Part shown: piece after piece, positions 62,173 through 64,000 of the stretch
Layout: each line of letters opens with the position of its first letter
How positions within the stretch are numbered: position 1 is the first letter of the stretch
NCBI GenBank assembly: GCA_963806225.1
Contig: CAWDXG010000004.1
Location: forward strand, 3,520,001-3,584,000
DNA length: 64,000 nt
Reading direction: 5' to 3'
Origin: an uncultured delta proteobacterium
GTDB taxonomy: Bacteria > Myxococcota_A > Polyangia > Polyangiales > Polyangiaceae
Notes under the pieces: generated by a model
Seen by the model: only the letters and a program-made list of their open reading frames with translations
The model's database searches: none
Told to the model about the DNA's origin: nothing
Made by a program: the position numbers and the translations under genes

Positions 62173-63195
62173 CTACCCTCCGATGTACGACATTTCGATG
62201 CGTCGGAGGCTCGCCGTGCGACTCGAGCGGAGCTCGGAGTAGCGGTCGTCGCGGCGCGCCCAGATGCCGCGCAGGAGCCCGGCGATCGCGGCGTCGTCGG
62301 CGCCGGAGCGCAGCGGGGCGCGGATGTCAGTGCCGGACGCGGCGAACAGGCAGCCGTAGATCGTGCCCTCGGCGCTCAGCCGCGCGCGTGTGCAGCCGGC
62401 GCAGAAGGGTTCGGTCACGCTGGTGATGATCCCGACCTCGCCGCTGCCGTCGCGATAGCGGTAGCGGCGCGCGACCTCGCCCGGGTAGTTCGGGTCGACG
62501 GGCTCGAGGGGCAGCTCCGCGTCGATGCGCTCGACGATCTCGCGGCCGGACACGACCTCGTCGAGCCGCCAGCCGTTGGTCAGCCCCACGTCCATGTACT
62601 CGATGAAGCGGACGATGTGCCCGCTGCCCTTGAAGCGGCGCGCCAGCTCCACCAGCGTGTGGTCGTTCGCGCCGCGGCGGACCACCGAGTTGATCTTGAC
62701 GGGCGACAGACCCGCTGCTGCCGCCGCATCGATACCGGCGAGCACGTCGGCCGGGCCGTAATCGGCGTCGGTCATGATGTGGAACACGGCGTCGTCCAGC
62801 GAATCGAGGCTCACGCTGACGCGGCCGAGCCCCGCGTCGGCCAGCGCCTGGGCGCGCTTTGCCAGGAGCGAGCCATTGGTGGTGAGCGCCGTCTCCACGC
62901 CTGTGTCCGCGATCATGCGGACCAGCTTCGGCAGCTCCGCACGCAGCAGCGGCTCGCCGCCCGTGAGCCGCACCTTGCGCAGCCCCTCGCCGGACAGGAT
63001 GCCCACAAGCCGCGCGATCTCCTCGAAGGTCAACAGGTCGCTCCGCGGCAGGAAGTGGAACCCCGGCCCGAAGTGCTCGCGCGGCATGCAGTAGCGGCAG
63101 CGGAAGTTGCAGCGATCCGTCACGCTCACGCGCAGATCGGACAGCGGCCGGCCGCGGCGGTCGCGGGGGGGCGCGGTGTCGGGTATCGGGCTCAT
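62173..63195 (-). CDS. moaA: GTP 3',8-cyclase
   Basis: LRVSVTDRCNFRCRYCMP, RLTGGEPLL, C-terminal FCAGCTRARLSAEG..YGC, terminal MSYIGG. Confidence 0.97.
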   Translation of the reverse strand: MSPIPDTAPPRDRRGRPLSDLRVSVTDRCNFRCRYCMPREHFGPGFHFLPRSDLLTFEEIARLVGILSGEGLRKVRLTGGEPLLRAELPKLVRMIADTGVETALTTNGSLLAKRAQALADAGLGRVSVSLDSLDDAVFHIMTDADYGPADVLAGIDAAAAAGLSPVKINSVVRRGANDHTLVELARRFKGSGHIVRFIEYMDVGLTNGWRLDEVVSGREIVERIDAELPLEPVDPNYPGEVARRYRYRDGSGEVGIITSVTEPFCAGCTRARLSAEGTIYGCLFAASGTDIRAPLRSGADDAAIAGLLRGIWARRDDRYSELRSSRTASLRRIEMSYIGG

Positions 63196-63243
63196 GCGGA
63201 CCTGGAACCTAGCATCGGGCCGGCGGAGCGCGACGTCGAGCCC

Positions 63244-64000
63244 TCACGGGGCCTGCGCGCCGCCCCGGATGCGCTTCCACACGCTCCAGCGCGGGCTCCG
63301 CCAGATGCGCTGGTAGACATTCCGCTCTTGCGCAATGCGCCCGGGCCCGCCGCGGACGAGCACGTACTGGTACCAGCCGAGATCGCGCGCCGGATCGACG
63401 CGCCCGGGCTCCCACTCCCAGCGCGGCCGGACCCGCGGCGGGCGATTGTCCTCGCGGAAGCTGAAAGGCGACTCGGGGAAATCGGCGAAGGTGAACATCA
63501 CCGCACCGCCCCGGGTCGCCTGGTACCAGGCGACGGAGTGCAGGAAGGGAGTGAACCGCACGTACCGCGATCCGCTGTTGAAGATCAGACCGGCCACGCG
63601 CTCGCCCTTCGGGATCTGCTCGATGGCCGCGTCGAGCTGACCCACCTCGTCCTTCTCGAAGCGCTGGAATGCCCAGCCCACCGCGTTGAACGACAGGACT
63701 GAAATCGCCACGACGCCCGCGAACACGAGCGTCCCCGAAAGGCGGCGTTGGGCCGGCAGAACCGGCACCAGGAAGATCAGGGCGAGCAGCGGAAAGCGCG
63801 CATTGATCGGCCAGATCCAGCCGTAGCCGGTCGGCGTGATGAAGTAGAAGAACGCCGCCAGAGGCGCGAGCCAGGCCAGGCGGCGCGTGAGCGTTCCACG
63901 CAGAACGTCGTCTTCCGAAGGAGCGCGGTCGGTGTCGCGCGCGCCCGCTCCGAGTCCGATCGCCAGCATGACCAGCAGCGCCCAGCCCACCAGCAACTTG
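63244..64000 (-). CDS. C-terminal part of a polytopic membrane protein (possibly GT-C-like); start lies outside the window
   Basis: TM segments, WPINARF, then a soluble domain IEQIPKGERVAGL...PFLHSVAWY...YQYVLVRG. Confidence 0.7.
   Translation of the reverse strand, partial: KLLVGWALLVMLAIGLGAGARDTDRAPSEDDVLRGTLTRRLAWLAPLAAFFYFITPTGYGWIWPINARFPLLALIFLVPVLPAQRRLSGTLVFAGVVAISVLSFNAVGWAFQRFEKDEVGQLDAAIEQIPKGERVAGLIFNSGSRYVRFTPFLHSVAWYQATRGGAVMFTFADFPESPFSFREDNRPPRVRPRWEWEPGRVDPARDLGWYQYVLVRGGPGRIAQERNVYQRIWRSPRWSVWKRIRGGAQAP

Overview
GC-rich bacterial chromosomal window, most consistent with Myxococcota (Polyangiales/Polyangiaceae-like). That assignment is an inference from the EF-Tu switch-I sequence, a kinase-sigma54 activator hybrid, an FHA-activator and the many Cys-rich and Pro/Ala-rich lipoproteins. 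Bases 3.3-17.6 kb hold the canonical minus-strand cluster tRNA-Thr/Tyr/Gly/Thr-tuf-rpmG-tRNA-Trp-secE-nusG-rplKAJL-rpoBC. The rest is mixed core and accessory genes: trmB, a NikMN/CbiM-Q-O ECF metal transporter, a cysQ-like gene, two sigma54 enhancer-binding proteins (one fused to a Ser/Thr kinase, NTPase, TPR and GAF), lspA, prkA, ppk1, Moco genes (moeA, mobA, moaE, moaC, moaA), tatD, two GT-C-like membrane proteins and about 13 predicted lipoproteins. I found no CRISPR array, integrase, transposase or rRNA. The best leads are: (1) a NarM-like domain fused to MoaC; (2) a possible kinase-to-FHA sigma54 signalling module, with a paired GTGCCA direct-repeat enhancer candidate and sigma54 promoters in front of a lipoprotein-lspA operon and a DUF6600 operon; (3) pervasive TANNNT boxes 6-10 nt before start codons, suggesting leaderless transcription; (4) an operator-covered promoter, small ORF and 71-nt inverted-repeat structure upstream of the Ni/Co transporter; (5) three +1 frameshifts that all fall on GATCTCG, probably a systematic sequencing error and possibly a DNA-modification footprint. 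All family calls are from motif recognition by eye; no searches were run.
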